The notes beneath the pieces are model-generated. The model made no database searches. It worked only from the letters and a program-made list of their open reading frames with translations, and was not told where the DNA came from. Below are positions 37,048-47,963 of a stretch of DNA of 64,000 bases, in pieces; the first letter of the stretch is position 1, and each line of letters begins with the position of its first letter. This DNA is from an uncultured Alphaproteobacteria bacterium (GTDB lineage: Bacteria; Pseudomonadota; Alphaproteobacteria; Rhizobiales; Devosiaceae), in the NCBI GenBank assembly GCA_963782875.1, contig CAWALD010000001.1, positions 203,605-267,604 on the forward strand. Direction: 5' to 3'. The position numbers and the translations under genes are program-made.

Positions 37048-38007
37048 CTAAGCCCTCATCGCTTCGGTTGCGTCTCCGTCCTCCAGGCTCTGAACTGTCT
37101 CGACCAGCGCCATGATCGCATTGATCTCTTCTTCGCTTTCCAGCAGGGCCGGTGAGCCTTGCCCCTCGATGCTGAGCGCCAGGGCATCGGGCCGCCGGCG
37201 GCACATTTCCTCGAAGGTTTCGCGCCGCAGCTGGTCTGTAAGCTGCGTGCGCATCAGCAGCAACGGGCGGTGATTGAGCGCCTCGAACAACCGCCATTGC
37301 GGCTCGAAGACGTCATCTGTGTCGAAGCGCTCTAGACGTTTGGCCAGAGCCGGATCGAACAGCGGGCGGATGCGGCCACGTTTGTCGATGAAATGAGTGC
37401 GCAGCCCAAGCCGATCCAGCCCCTGTGGCGTCTGTCCGGGAAAGTCCGCCGCTGCGATCTGCCGCAGCGCCGCCCGCATGCTGTCGGCGGGGCCACGCAG
37501 CCCGTCGAGATAGGCGCAATTATTGCGCAAGCGGACGAGGCCGCGCGGATCGGCAACCGCCCCGGCATCGATCAGTCCGGCACCGGCCACAAGAAGTGGA
37601 TGCTGCGCCGCCAGCGTCATGATGGCCTGGCCGCCATGGCCCTGGCCGAGAAAGATTGCTCGGGGCACTATCAGCGCCGCGAGCACGGCGGCGATGGCTT
37701 CCATGTCGTCGAGCGTCGAATACTGGGAGGGGCCGCGGCGCCGGCCGGAGCGGCCGCGACCTGGAAGATCGATGAGGATGAGCGGCCAATCCGCCTTCTT
37801 GCGCGTCCGGAACCGGACCGCGAAACCGGCGAAATCGCTCATGTTCCGGTGATAGCCGGCAAGCCCCACAACTGGCACGAGCCCGGCGGAGAAATCACCC
37901 GACGCATGCACCGCGATGCCGAGTTTGCCGCCGCCGATCGTGATCAGCCGCACTGGCAAATCGGCAAATGCAGGATGATCCGCTGGTGGCGTGGGAAACT
38001 TGGCCAT
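37048..38007 (-). CDS. alpha/beta-hydrolase fold protein (nucleophile motif reads GQGHG)
   Basis: 319-aa alpha/beta-fold pattern. At the nucleophile elbow, FLGQGHGGQAIM has Gly where Ser is expected. Confidence 0.65.
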   Translation of the reverse strand: MAKFPTPPADHPAFADLPVRLITIGGGKLGIAVHASGDFSAGLVPVVGLAGYHRNMSDFAGFAVRFRTRKKADWPLILIDLPGRGRSGRRRGPSQYSTLDDMEAIAAVLAALIVPRAIFLGQGHGGQAIMTLAAQHPLLVAGAGLIDAGAVADPRGLVRLRNNCAYLDGLRGPADSMRAALRQIAAADFPGQTPQGLDRLGLRTHFIDKRGRIRPLFDPALAKRLERFDTDDVFEPQWRLFEALNHRPLLLMRTQLTDQLRRETFEEMCRRRPDALALSIEGQGSPALLESEEEINAIMALVETVQSLEDGDATEAMRA

Positions 38008-38045
38008 TAAGCTGATCTGGCCGTTATGCGACGGCTGGTGTGCGG

Positions 38046-40120
38046 CTAGTCCGGAATGCGCCGGAGCGCCTCCGCAAGTCGTGCTTCGGGATGGCCGAGC
38101 CGAACGCGATAAACGGTATAGTTGGCCAGCACACGTTGCACATAAGTCCTGGTTTCCTCGAAGGGAATGAGTTCTATCCAGTTAACCGGATCCACCTTTG
38201 CGTCGCGCGGATCGCCGTAAAGGTCGATCCATTTGTTCACATTTCCGGCCCCGGCATTGTAGGCCGCGGCAGCAAGCAAGAGCGATCCGTCATACCGATC
38301 AAGTTGATAGCCGAGATAAGTCGAGCCGAGCAAGGCATTGTATTCCGCATCCCTAACGAGTTTTTCAGCGGAGTAGGCAAGCCCGATGCGGCCCGCTGTC
38401 TCGCGCGCCGTCCCCGGCATGAGTTGCATGATGCCGCGTGCGCCCGCGCCAGAGACCGCGTCGACCTGAAAACGGCTCTCCTGTCTGGCGATCGCATATA
38501 TGGCCGCGTTATCGATCGCTGCGAGATCGGCATGGGGCGGCAATCCGTCGCGCGGATAGTTGAAAAGATCGAGCGCCACGCCCCTTCGATCGGCGATGTC
38601 GGCGGTCAGGATGGCGATCTGGTGCGCGCCGATTTCCTGCGCCAGGCGCGCCGTCAGCAATAAGTCGGGCCCGTCCTTGAAAGAATAGGCGAGGGTGCGC
38701 ACCAGCGGTTCGGCCATCTTCGGCTGCCCCGCTTTTGCGAGCAGCCGGACGGCCCTGACCAGCTCCATATCATCGAAGACCGGCTCCCGGTCCCGCCATG
38801 GCGGCAGGCTGCGCAAGGTGACGAGCGGTTGCCCGAGCGTCTCGCGCGCCAGCTGCCCGTAAAACTGCGTGCTGTGCTTGGCGGCTTCGGCATATTTGGC
38901 CTGCGCTTCGTCAGTCTTGCCCTGTGCCTTCAGCGCCTGCGCCCACCAGTAATTCGACTGCGATATCGAATCCGGCAGTGTCGACAGGGCAGCCATCTCC
39001 TTGAAATGTCCTGCGGCCCGGGCAGGCTCGTGCAGGAATTCAAGGGCGATCCAGCCGGCATGAAACTGCGCCTCGACGACCCGGCCTTCCGGCCCGTCGG
39101 TAAAGCCGGCGGCAGCGCGATAGGCGAGTTTGTAGTCGTGTTTGGCCAATGCCTGCCGCGCGATCTGCTGGCGCTCGTACCAGAACAACGCACCATCGGG
39201 CACATTGGCCGATTTCTGCGCATCGAGCGCATCGAGGGCGGCCGACAGATCACCCCTGTCGTGAGCGAGTTGCGCCTGGGCGAAGTGGAACAGCGGGTGA
39301 TTGCGCAGGCTCGGATCAACCTTGTCGAGCAGGTCCTGGGCCTCCGGCTTTTTGCGGGCGACCGCGATCCGAGCCGCGGCGAGCGATTTCTGAGCCGGCG
39401 TCAACCGGTCCATGATGCGTTCGGTGCCGGTGGCCCGGTCATGCATCAGAAGATGCACTGCGCGATCCCAGTGATCCTTGTTGCTCAACACGGAACCGAG
39501 CTTGTCGAGCACCTCCGCTTCCAACTCCCGGTCGAGATAATTGTCGATCCAGATGACCCGCGCGATCCGGCCCGCCCGCGCCTTCTGCCCGTCGGCGATG
39601 TAGGCAGCGGCCAGGTCAATCTGAGCCGCAATTGTGTTAGGCATGGCGCCGCCGAGCCGGGCAATGATCTCTTTGGACGAGAGATCCTGTTTGGCCAGAG
39701 CCTGCTCCTTGCGGGTCTTGAACAGTGACGCGGATGCGAAATGCGGCGCCTCGGCCTCGAAGGCAGCGATCTCCTTGTAGCCGAGCTTGCTGCCGCCATA
39801 CTGAATGGCCGCCCATTGGGCGGTCCGCCGCTCCAGTGCATTGGGAAGATCCCATGCCATATCGAAGGCGCGTGCGGCGTCACCGCGCCGCACCAGGGAA
39901 AGCGCAGAGGCGAAACTCACCTCCGGCTTCGGCACGTCGGCCAGCGCCTTGGCGCGCGGTGGCGCGGGCACCGGAGCCTCGGCCGCGCCAGCCAAAATGG
40001 TCTGGCGGGGAGGTGCCGGCCGCGGGGGGATTCGGCGATGGCCTGGCCCGTAAGGGCGAGGGCGATAAGGGGGGCTGCAAGGCTTCGGGAGCGCAGCCGC
40101 ATGCGCTTGTCGAAAGTCAT
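38046..40120 (-). pseudogene. slt: soluble lytic murein transglycosylase (Slt70-like); signal peptide out of frame at a G6/C6 tract
   Basis: SLT domain AIARQESRFQVDAVSGAGARGIMQLMPGTA...YNAGAGNV in ORF 38046..39995, whose track start is TTG. The signal peptide MRLRSRSLAAPLIALALTGQAIAESP lies in ORF 39917..40120 in another frame. The junction coincides with GGGGGG at 40024-40029. Confidence 0.7.
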
Positions 40121-40338
40121 GACCTCATCCGGTTCTGAGGCAGCCAGATATGCCCTTGATTGGTGTCGGCACTATGGCAATTCTTCATCTGCCTTAAGGC
40201 CTTTGCACGGCTCGCCTTGTGGCAGCGCCAAAGCCCGACTATTGTCGCCGCGCCGTAGGGCAGCTTCACCGATTGGTGATGCACCGCTCGCAACATGAAC
40301 CAGCCGGAAGAAGCCGGCGCCAGAGAGGAAGACCAGAA

Positions 40339-41214
40339 ATGTTTCGCGGATCGATCACAGCGCTCATCACGCCCTTTCGTGACGGCGGTCTGGACGAAAA
40401 AGCCTTCACCGCGCTGGTCGACTGGCAGATCGGGCAGGGGACGCACGGGCTGGTGCCGGTCGGCACGACAGGCGAGTCGCCCACCGTCACCCATGAGGAG
40501 CACCGGCGCGTCATCGAAATGTGCATCGAGGCGGCCAATGACCGCGTGCCGGTCATCGCTGGAGCGGGTTCCAACTCGACCGCCGAGGCCGTCGCGTTGG
40601 CGCAATTCGCCGAAAAGGCAGGCGCCGATGCGGTGCTCACGGTCACGCCCTATTACAACAAGCCGACGCAGGAAGGGCTGTTCCAGCACTTCAAGGCGGT
40701 GGCCGATGCCATTGGCATTCCTGTCATTCTCTATAATGTACCCGGCCGCACCGTCACTGACATCAGCCTTGAGACCATGGCCCGGTTGAGGGAAGCCTGT
40801 TCCAACATCGCCGGCGTCAAGGACGCAACCGCTGACATGGCGCGCGCGTCCCTGCAGCGGGTCCGGCTTGGCGACGACTTCATCCAGCTCTCGGGCGAGG
40901 ACATGACCGCTCTCGGATTCAACGCCCATGGCGGGCAGGGCTGCATCTCGGTCACAGCCAATGTCGCCCCTGCTTTGTGCGCACAGCTGCAGGAAGCGAC
41001 GCTTGAGGGCGACTATGCCAAGGCCTTGAGCCTGCAGGACAAGCTCGCCCCGCTGCACCGGGCGCTGTTCCTGGAAAACAATCCCGGCGGCGTCAAATAC
41101 GCTGCCGCGAAGCTCGGCATTTGCTTGGAAGACATGCGCTTGCCGCTCATGCCGGTCAGCGCCGCTGGCCGCAAGGCGGTCGACGAGGCGCTGGACCACG
41201 CCGGGCTCGTTTAG
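40339..41214 (+). CDS. dapA: 4-hydroxy-tetrahydrodipicolinate synthase
   Basis: ORF 40219..41214 trimmed to [13 protein letters not shown]. Contains GTTGESPT and the YNVPGRT motif. Confidence 0.92.
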   Translation: MFRGSITALITPFRDGGLDEKAFTALVDWQIGQGTHGLVPVGTTGESPTVTHEEHRRVIEMCIEAANDRVPVIAGAGSNSTAEAVALAQFAEKAGADAVLTVTPYYNKPTQEGLFQHFKAVADAIGIPVILYNVPGRTVTDISLETMARLREACSNIAGVKDATADMARASLQRVRLGDDFIQLSGEDMTALGFNAHGGQGCISVTANVAPALCAQLQEATLEGDYAKALSLQDKLAPLHRALFLENNPGGVKYAAAKLGICLEDMRLPLMPVSAAGRKAVDEALDHAGLV

Positions 41215-41310
41215 GACTTGCACGCCTGCCTTTAATTCCCGTCTGGCGTTCATATATCAGCCGGCGGCCTTGTCGGCAGGTCGCCCCGATTACATGCCTC
41301 AAAAGGACCA

Positions 41311-41790
41311 ATGGCCAAGAAAGCGAAAAAGCCCGAAGTGAACACCGGCGTGGTGGCGGAAAACCGCCGCGCCCGCTTCGATTACGAGATTATAGACACA
41401 CTCGAAGCGGGCATCGTTCTGACCGGGACGGAGGTGAAGTCGCTGCGTTCGGGAAAGGCCCAGATCGCCGAATCCTATGCCTCGCCCGAAAACGGCGAAC
41501 TGTGGCTGATCAACGCCCATATTCCCGAATATCTGCAGGCCAATCGATTCAACCATGAGGAAAGGCGCAGGCGCAAACTGCTTGTGTCGACGAAGGAATT
41601 GAGCCGGCTGACCCGCGATGTCGAACGCGCCGGCAACACCATCGTGCCCTTGAAGCTCTACTTCAACGACCGTGGACTTGCCAAACTTCTCATCGGCCTG
41701 GGCAAGGGCAAGAAGACCGTCGACAAGCGCGAAACCATGAAGAAGCGCGACTGGAGCCGAGAGAAAGCGCGCATCCTCAAGGCGCACTGA
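41311..41790 (+). CDS. smpB: SsrA-binding protein
   Basis: [13 protein letters not shown]...GTEVKSLR...YLQAN typical of SmpB. Confidence 0.92.
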   Translation: MAKKAKKPEVNTGVVAENRRARFDYEIIDTLEAGIVLTGTEVKSLRSGKAQIAESYASPENGELWLINAHIPEYLQANRFNHEERRRRKLLVSTKELSRLTRDVERAGNTIVPLKLYFNDRGLAKLLIGLGKGKKTVDKRETMKKRDWSREKARILKAH

Positions 41791-42445
41791 GCGCCCGCGC
41801 TTCGTCCGCCGCCCGGAACACGACCTCCTCGAACATGGCTTCGGTCAATCGGCCCGTATTCGTGTTGTAGCGCGAGCAGTGATAGCTGTCATAAAGCACG
41901 CCGCCCGCCGTCAAGCGATGTCGAGCGCCATGTGAAAATCCGAAGGCGCTGCGTTTTTCGTCCAATGCCGCGAGCACGCTGTCATGGGCGATGCGCCCCA
42001 GTGCGAGATACACGCCACCCTTGCGATGGGCGTCCAGCGTCGCGGTCAAAAAGCGCCTGCAGGTCGAGATTTCCGGGCCCGTCGGCTTGTTCTGGGGCGG
42101 CACGCATCTGACCGCATTGACGATCATCGATCCTGTCAGTTGCAGGCTGTCATCGGGATCGGCGCGATAGTCGCCGGTTGCCATGCCGCAGCGTTTCAGC
42201 GTCTGGTAAAGAAGGTCACCGGCGTAATCCCCGGTGAAGGGCCGCCCGGTGCGGTTGGCGCCCCTGAGTCCGGGTGCCAACCCGATGATCAGCAGATGGG
42301 CGTTGGGGTCGCCCCAGTTCGGAACCGGGGCGTTGAACCAGGCAGGATAAAGCGACTGGTTCTGCTGCCGAAACTCTACGAGACGCGGACAAAGCGGACA
42401 GTCTGGCGGCGGATTGGTTTCCGGCACGGGCGGATTTCGTCCCAA
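41777..42445 (-). CDS. uracil-DNA glycosylase superfamily protein (family 4/5-like)
   Basis: [30 protein letters not shown] and HCSRYN motifs. Confidence 0.75.
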   Translation of the reverse strand: MGRNPPVPETNPPPDCPLCPRLVEFRQQNQSLYPAWFNAPVPNWGDPNAHLLIIGLAPGLRGANRTGRPFTGDYAGDLLYQTLKRCGMATGDYRADPDDSLQLTGSMIVNAVRCVPPQNKPTGPEISTCRRFLTATLDAHRKGGVYLALGRIAHDSVLAALDEKRSAFGFSHGARHRLTAGGVLYDSYHCSRYNTNTGRLTEAMFEEVVFRAADEARALSAP

Positions 42446-42465
42446 GACGTTTCAAAGGAGGCGGA

Positions 42466-43002
42466 CTACTCGTTGTGAATCGCACGTCCGACCGTCTTGG
42501 CCAAATCCACGATGTCGACGAAATAATCGGCCTGGCGGCGCAATTCGTCCGAAATCATCGGGGAGGGGCCTGCCAGAGTCGAGACGACGGTCACCTTTTT
42601 CCCCCGCCGCTGCAGGGCCGCGACGAGCGCCGTGAAATCGCCGTCACCGGAGAACAGGTACATGTGGTCGTAATAGGGGGACATCTCCAGCGCATCGACC
42701 GTGAGCTCGATGTCCATGTTCCCCTTCACCTTGCGCCGTCCCGCGGCATCGGTGAATTCCCGGGCCGGCTTGGTCACCACCCGATAGCCATTGTAGTCGA
42801 GCCAGTCGATCAGCGGACGTATGGAGGAATATTCCTGATCCTCTATGAGCGCGGTGTAATAATAGGCTCTGGTCAGATAGGCCTTCGACTGGAAATCCTC
42901 CAGCAGGCGCCGATAGTCGATATCCACCCCCACCGATTTCGAGGTCGCGTAGAGGTTTGCACCGTCCAGGAAGAGGGCGATCTTTTCACGCGGGTCGATC
43001 AT
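42466..43002 (-). CDS. NYN (LabA/DUF88-like) domain protein
   Basis: IALFLDGANLY...FSGDGDFTALVAALQRRGKKVTVVS. Confidence 0.75.
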   Translation of the reverse strand: MIDPREKIALFLDGANLYATSKSVGVDIDYRRLLEDFQSKAYLTRAYYYTALIEDQEYSSIRPLIDWLDYNGYRVVTKPAREFTDAAGRRKVKGNMDIELTVDALEMSPYYDHMYLFSGDGDFTALVAALQRRGKKVTVVSTLAGPSPMISDELRRQADYFVDIVDLAKTVGRAIHNE

Positions 43003-43283
43003 GAAAGCTACGTGTTCTCCGCAAAAGGGCAGGTGTGACGCGGAAAGGGTAATGGTCGAGAGGTGTTTTGAATTTGACTGCCGACACTTTTGTCAGCCTT
43101 GCAAGTACTCAGCCAGTGCGTAGTAAGGGCCGCGGCTGCACCCAAAAATGTGTCAAATGACAAATCCCGCCCTTCCTGCTTCCGCCCCCTTTTCGGCAAA
43201 ATTGCGGCCAGCAGACCTGGGCTTGTTTTTGCCCTTGGGGTCGTGTAAGCACGCCGTTCATTCCCCAAAACTTGGAGACGTCT

Positions 43284-43658
43284 GTGGCACGCGTCACCGT
43301 AGAAGACTGCATTGAGAAGGTCGAAAACCGCTTTGACCTCGTTCTGATGGCGGCCCATCGGGCTCGGATGATTTCGTCCGGCGCCCAGATCACCGTTTCC
43401 CGCGACAACGACAAGAACCCCGTCGTTGCTCTGCGCGAAATCGGCGACGCCACCATTTCGCCCGAGGATCTCGAGGAAGATCTCATCCATTCGCTGCAGA
43501 AATATGTCGAAGTCGACGAGCCCGAACAGCATGCCGCGCCCGTGATCGAGGGCAATGCTGCTGATCAGGATGACAGCATCAGCTTCGACACCATGAGCGA
43601 AGAAGAGCTGTTGCGCGGCATCGAGAGCCTTGCACCGCCCGAGCGCCGCGAAGATTGA
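43284..43658 (+). CDS. rpoZ: DNA-directed RNA polymerase subunit omega
   Basis: [28 protein letters not shown] prefer the GTG at 43284 behind GGAGA over the track TTG at 43272. Confidence 0.88.
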   Translation: MARVTVEDCIEKVENRFDLVLMAAHRARMISSGAQITVSRDNDKNPVVALREIGDATISPEDLEEDLIHSLQKYVEVDEPEQHAAPVIEGNAADQDDSISFDTMSEEELLRGIESLAPPERRED

Positions 43659-43686
43659 TTCCGGGGTTGCCCGGCATATATCCTAA

Positions 43687-43715
43687 GGGCGCCGGCGCAA
43701 GCCGGCGCCCTTTTT
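43687..43715 (+). terminator. rho-independent terminator after rpoZ
   Basis: GGGCGCCGGC-GCAA-GCCGGCGCCC followed by TTTTT. Confidence 0.8.
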
Positions 43716-43866
43716 AGTGCCTAAAGCGCGTTCGGATGTGAAATCAAAATCTTAACGTGCTGGCGGTTAAATCGGCCCGCCCGGCTTGCACTGCCGAGTT
43801 GAGGCCTGGCCGTGACGGCCAAGGGTTGGATGTGCCCGGCGGCGTAGGGGTAGAGGTGCGACGCTC

Positions 43867-46164
43867 ATGATGCGTCAATACGAACTGGTTGAGCGGGTGC
43901 TGGCCTATAACCCTGCCGCAGACGAGGCTCTTTTGAACAAGGCCTACGTCTATGGGATGCAGAAGCATGGCACGCAGATGCGCGCCTCCGGCGATCCTTA
44001 CTTCGCTCATCCGCTCGAAGTTGCGGCTATCCTTACCGATCTCAAGCTCGATGATGCCACAATCGCGGTGGCGCTGTTGCACGACACCATCGAGGACACG
44101 GACGCGACACGCGCCGAGATCGATCAGCTTTTTGGCTCCGAGATCGGAGCAATTGTCGAAGGGCTGACCAAGATCGAGCGGCTCAAGCTCGTCACCCGCG
44201 AGCAGGCCCAGGCCGAGAACCTTAGAAAACTGCTCCTGGCCGTTTCGCAGGATGTGCGCGTGCTGCTGGTCAAGCTGGCAGACCGCCTGCACAACATGCG
44301 CACCATCGACTTCGTGCCGGAAGAAAAGCGGCGGCGCATCGCTCAGGAGACCATGGATATCTATGCCCCGTTGGCTGGGCGCATGGGCATGCAGGATATG
44401 CGCTCGGAACTGGAAGACATCGCCTTCCGCGTCCTCCAGCCGGATCACTACGCGGCCATTCGCGACCGGCTGGCGGCGATGGAGGCCAAGAACGCCTCCG
44501 TTATCGAAACCATCAATTCCGAACTCAGCCAGGGGTTCGCCGAGGACGGCATCGAAGCCCGCGTGAGTGCCCGGCTGAAATCCCCCTGGTCGATCTTCTC
44601 CAAGATCGAGCGCAAATCCATTGCTCTCGAACAGCTCTCCGACATGATCGGCTTCCGCGTCATCGTGGATACGGTCGAGAACTGCTATCGGGCACTGGGC
44701 GTGGTCCATACCTCCTGGAAGGTGGTTCCAGGCCGGTTCAAGGACTATATTTCTGTTCCCAAATACAACGATTACCGATCGCTCCACACGACCATTGTGG
44801 GTCCGGGCCGGCAGCGTGTCGAACTGCAGATCCGTACTCAGGAAATGCATGAGATCGACGAATACGGCATCGCCGCGCACGCCCTTTACAAGGACAATGT
44901 GACTGCGAGCCTTGAGCGGCTGGAAAAGGAAAGCCGGGCCTATATCTGGCTGCGTTCGATGATCGCGCACCTGACGGCGGGCTCCTCGACCGAGGAATTC
45001 CTCGAATATACGCGCCTTGAACTTTTCCAGGACCAGGTGTTCTGCTTCACCCCGCGCGGCCGCCTTATAGCCTTGCCGCGTGGGGCGACACCGATCGACT
45101 TCGCCTATGCCGTGCACACCGAATTGGGCGACACCTGCGCCGGGGCCAAGATCAATGGCGCGATCTCTCCCTTGGTGACCCAATTGCGCTCGGGCGATGA
45201 GGTCGAGATCATCACTGATCCCAACCACGTGCCGCCTGCGAATTGGGAGGGCATCGCCGCCACCGGCAAGGCGCGCTCGGCAATCCGGCGCTCCGTTCGT
45301 GCTGCCGGCCAGCAGCGGGCGCTGACGCTTGGGTCGAACGTGCTTGACGTGGTCATGCAGCGCGAGGGCCTGGTTCTGGATCAGAGCGAGATCGACGGAC
45401 TTGCCGAAAAGCTGGGCGTTTCCGGCCGCAAGGATCTGTTGGTGGCATTGGGCGAGGCGCGCATTTCGCCCGACACCCTCGCCGAGGCCGCCGCCAGCTT
45501 CAAGGGTGTGCGGCGCCGGCGCCGCCGCAAGATGGACCTGCCGGTCGCGGATCAGGCCGATGGCTGGTTCGCCCTGCGGGCGACGGATTTGTTCAAGTTC
45601 CGCATTCCCGGCGGCCAGAAACTGGGGGCCGTTGGCAGGAAGGCCCTTCGAAAGCTCGACTTCAACATGGCGGTGCGCATCTCGCCCGAAGGGGTCGTGC
45701 CCGGCGATCGCATCATCGGCATTTTGACGCCGGGCGGCGACATGACTGTCTATCCCGTCCACTCTGATGCATTGATCGAGCTGCACGATTCCGACGTTGC
45801 CTGGATCGATGTGCGCTGGGACATTGCCGATCGTCACGACCGCCAGTACAAGGCGGCGATATCCATGCTGTCGATGAATCGCCGCGGAGCGCTGGCGCAG
45901 ATTTCCTCGGCGATTGCCGCCTGCGAGGCCAATATCCATAACCTCGTCATGCAAATGGCCTCGCCGGATTTCCATCGGTTGCTGTTTGAAATAGAAGTGC
46001 GCGACCTGCCACAGCTTTCCGACGTGCTGACCACGTTGAAACGGACGGTGGGCTTGTCGCAGGTTCGCCGCGCCACCATCGCGGAGGCCTCGGCCATTTC
46101 GGAAATCGACTGGGTGCTGCCCGAGCCCATCAAGCTCATCGCCGAACCCGCAAAGGCAGACTAA
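43867..46164 (+). CDS. spoT: bifunctional (p)ppGpp synthetase/hydrolase (RelA/SpoT homologue, Rsh)
   Basis: HD domain (HPLEVAAIL, LLHDTIEDT), synthetase domain (DYISVPKYNDYRSLHT), then TGS and ACT regions. 765 aa, uninterrupted. Confidence 0.92.
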   Translation: MMRQYELVERVLAYNPAADEALLNKAYVYGMQKHGTQMRASGDPYFAHPLEVAAILTDLKLDDATIAVALLHDTIEDTDATRAEIDQLFGSEIGAIVEGLTKIERLKLVTREQAQAENLRKLLLAVSQDVRVLLVKLADRLHNMRTIDFVPEEKRRRIAQETMDIYAPLAGRMGMQDMRSELEDIAFRVLQPDHYAAIRDRLAAMEAKNASVIETINSELSQGFAEDGIEARVSARLKSPWSIFSKIERKSIALEQLSDMIGFRVIVDTVENCYRALGVVHTSWKVVPGRFKDYISVPKYNDYRSLHTTIVGPGRQRVELQIRTQEMHEIDEYGIAAHALYKDNVTASLERLEKESRAYIWLRSMIAHLTAGSSTEEFLEYTRLELFQDQVFCFTPRGRLIALPRGATPIDFAYAVHTELGDTCAGAKINGAISPLVTQLRSGDEVEIITDPNHVPPANWEGIAATGKARSAIRRSVRAAGQQRALTLGSNVLDVVMQREGLVLDQSEIDGLAEKLGVSGRKDLLVALGEARISPDTLAEAAASFKGVRRRRRRKMDLPVADQADGWFALRATDLFKFRIPGGQKLGAVGRKALRKLDFNMAVRISPEGVVPGDRIIGILTPGGDMTVYPVHSDALIELHDSDVAWIDVRWDIADRHDRQYKAAISMLSMNRRGALAQISSAIAACEANIHNLVMQMASPDFHRLLFEIEVRDLPQLSDVLTTLKRTVGLSQVRRATIAEASAISEIDWVLPEPIKLIAEPAKAD

Positions 46165-46749
46165 ATGGACAGGCAAGAAGTTCTAGACGTCTTTCGCTCC
46201 TGCGATGCACTGCTGGAGGGGCACTTCATCCTGTCTTCCGGCCTGCGCTCGCCGGTCTTTCTGCAAAAGGCGCGCGTCTTCATGCATCCCGACAAGGCCG
46301 AAACGCTGTGCCGGGCGCTGGCGGAAAAGATCAAGGCAGAAGGCTTCGGGGACGTCAGCCAGATCGTCTCGCCCGCGGTGGGCGGGATCATCCCCGGCTA
46401 TGAGACCGCGCGGCATCTTGGAAAACCGGCGATCTATACCGAGCGCGTGGATGGCGTCTTCCAGCTGCGTCGCGGCTTCGAAATCGCCCCCGGCGAAAAG
46501 GTTCTGGTCGTAGAAGACATTGTCTCCACCGGACTTTCCATCCGCGAATGCATCGATTGTCTCAAAGACCTCGGCGCTGATGTCGTGGCGGCAGCCTGTC
46601 TCGTCGACCGCTCTGCCGGCGAGGCCGATGTCGGCGTGCCGCTTGTCGCTTTGACCCAATACAAGGTGCCGGCCTATCCCGCCGATGCGCTGCCGCCTGA
46701 GTTGGCCGCCATACCTGCGGTCAAGCCGGGATCCCGGGGATTGTCCTAA
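46165..46749 (+). CDS. pyrE: orotate phosphoribosyltransferase (short alphaproteobacterial type)
   Basis: PRTase motif [14 protein letters not shown]. 194 aa. Starts immediately after the spoT stop. Confidence 0.75.
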   Translation: MDRQEVLDVFRSCDALLEGHFILSSGLRSPVFLQKARVFMHPDKAETLCRALAEKIKAEGFGDVSQIVSPAVGGIIPGYETARHLGKPAIYTERVDGVFQLRRGFEIAPGEKVLVVEDIVSTGLSIRECIDCLKDLGADVVAAACLVDRSAGEADVGVPLVALTQYKVPAYPADALPPELAAIPAVKPGSRGLS

Positions 46750-47168
46750 TGATCGTCGGCCTTGGCAACGATCTGTGCGAGATCACCCGCGTCGAAAAGA
46801 CGCTGGCCCGCTATGGCGAGCGCTTCACCAATCGGTGTTTCACCGACATCGAGCGGCGCAAATCCGACCGTCGGGCGCAGCGCGCGGCTTCGTACGCAAA
46901 GCGCTTTGCTGCCAAGGAGGCCTGTGCCAAGGCGCTGGGGACGGGGATGTCGCGAGGTGTGTTCTGGCGGGACCTGGGCGTCATAAATTTGCCGTCCGGC
47001 AAGCCCACGATGAACCTGACCAACGGCGCGGCACGCGCGCTTGAGGCCCTTGTTCCTCCCGGGCATCGGCCCCACATTCACCTCACCATAACCGATGATG
47101 GCGGCATGGCTCAGGCCTTCGTCATCATAGAGGCACTTCCGGTTGACCCGGCCCTCGCATCCTCGTAA
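46749..47168 (+). CDS. acpS: holo-[acyl-carrier-protein] synthase
   Basis: [16 protein letters not shown]...[15 protein letters not shown]. Confidence 0.9.
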   Translation: MIVGLGNDLCEITRVEKTLARYGERFTNRCFTDIERRKSDRRAQRAASYAKRFAAKEACAKALGTGMSRGVFWRDLGVINLPSGKPTMNLTNGAARALEALVPPGHRPHIHLTITDDGGMAQAFVIIEALPVDPALASS

Positions 47169-47204
47169 CCAGACTTCACTCTCAAATCTTCAGAAAGCTT
47201 CGGA

Positions 47205-47963
47205 ATGCCGGACAAAGTGCAGAACAAGGCGGCGCCGCGCAGCGAATGGCGTGAAACGGCAACCGTCATCATCGAGGCCCTGCTGATCGCGCTTGTATTC
47301 AGGACCTTCCTGTTTCAGCCCTTTTCCATTCCGACAGCCTCCATGCAGCCGACCATGATGATCGGCGACTACTTTCTGGCCTCCAAATACACCTGGGGCT
47401 ATGGCCGCTACTCGTTCCCCTTCGGCCTCATTCCGTTCAATGGCCGTATCCTTGGCCGCGAGCCCAATCGCGGCGACATCGCCGTCTTCTACAATGCCCC
47501 GACGGGCGACGAATATGTGAAGCGGGTCATCGGCATGCCGGGCGACACGATCCAGGTGACGAACGGCATCCTGCAGATCAACGGCACGCCGGTCGAACGC
47601 AAATTCGTCGGCAAGAGCGAGGACAAGGACAGCTACGGCGTCACCGTTCCCGTCAATCTTTATGACGAGACACTGCCGAACGGGGTGGTCCACCGCATTC
47701 AGGAAATTTCCGACAACGGGCCGCTCGACAATACCGAGGTCTACAAGGTGCCCCCCGGCCACTTCTTCATGATGGGCGATAATCGCGACCGCTCGGCGGA
47801 TAGCCGCGTTCTGTCGCAGGTCGGCTACGTCCCCGAAGGCAATCTCGAGGGCAAGGCCGAAGTGCGCTTCTTCTCGATTACCGACAACATTCCGCCCTGG
47901 CAGATCTGGCGCTGGCCGGGCAATGTCCGGCTCGACCGGATGTTCCAGTCCGTCTACGACTGA
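47205..47963 (+). CDS. lepB: signal peptidase I
   Basis: IPTASMQPTMMIGD (catalytic Ser box), KRVIGMPGD and GDNRDRSADSR boxes. Confidence 0.92.
   Translation: MPDKVQNKAAPRSEWRETATVIIEALLIALVFRTFLFQPFSIPTASMQPTMMIGDYFLASKYTWGYGRYSFPFGLIPFNGRILGREPNRGDIAVFYNAPTGDEYVKRVIGMPGDTIQVTNGILQINGTPVERKFVGKSEDKDSYGVTVPVNLYDETLPNGVVHRIQEISDNGPLDNTEVYKVPPGHFFMMGDNRDRSADSRVLSQVGYVPEGNLEGKAEVRFFSITDNIPPWQIWRWPGNVRLDRMFQSVYD

Noticed and set aside
43741-43770. TTAAC...GTTAA inverted repeat upstream of spoT as a CtrA box.
   Set aside because: The spacing is 11 nt, not the TTAA-N7-TTAA required for CtrA.
43744-46176. 810-aa ORF on the minus strand, opposite spoT. Similar long antisense ORFs are 50063..52537 (opposite parC), 59646..61343, 40117..41253, 16593..18089, 3656..4996, 4666..5790 and 5741..6808.
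   Set aside because: These are shadow ORFs typical of GC-rich DNA. Their translations are Arg/Gly/Pro/His-rich with no motifs. The opposite strand encodes unmistakable conserved proteins.
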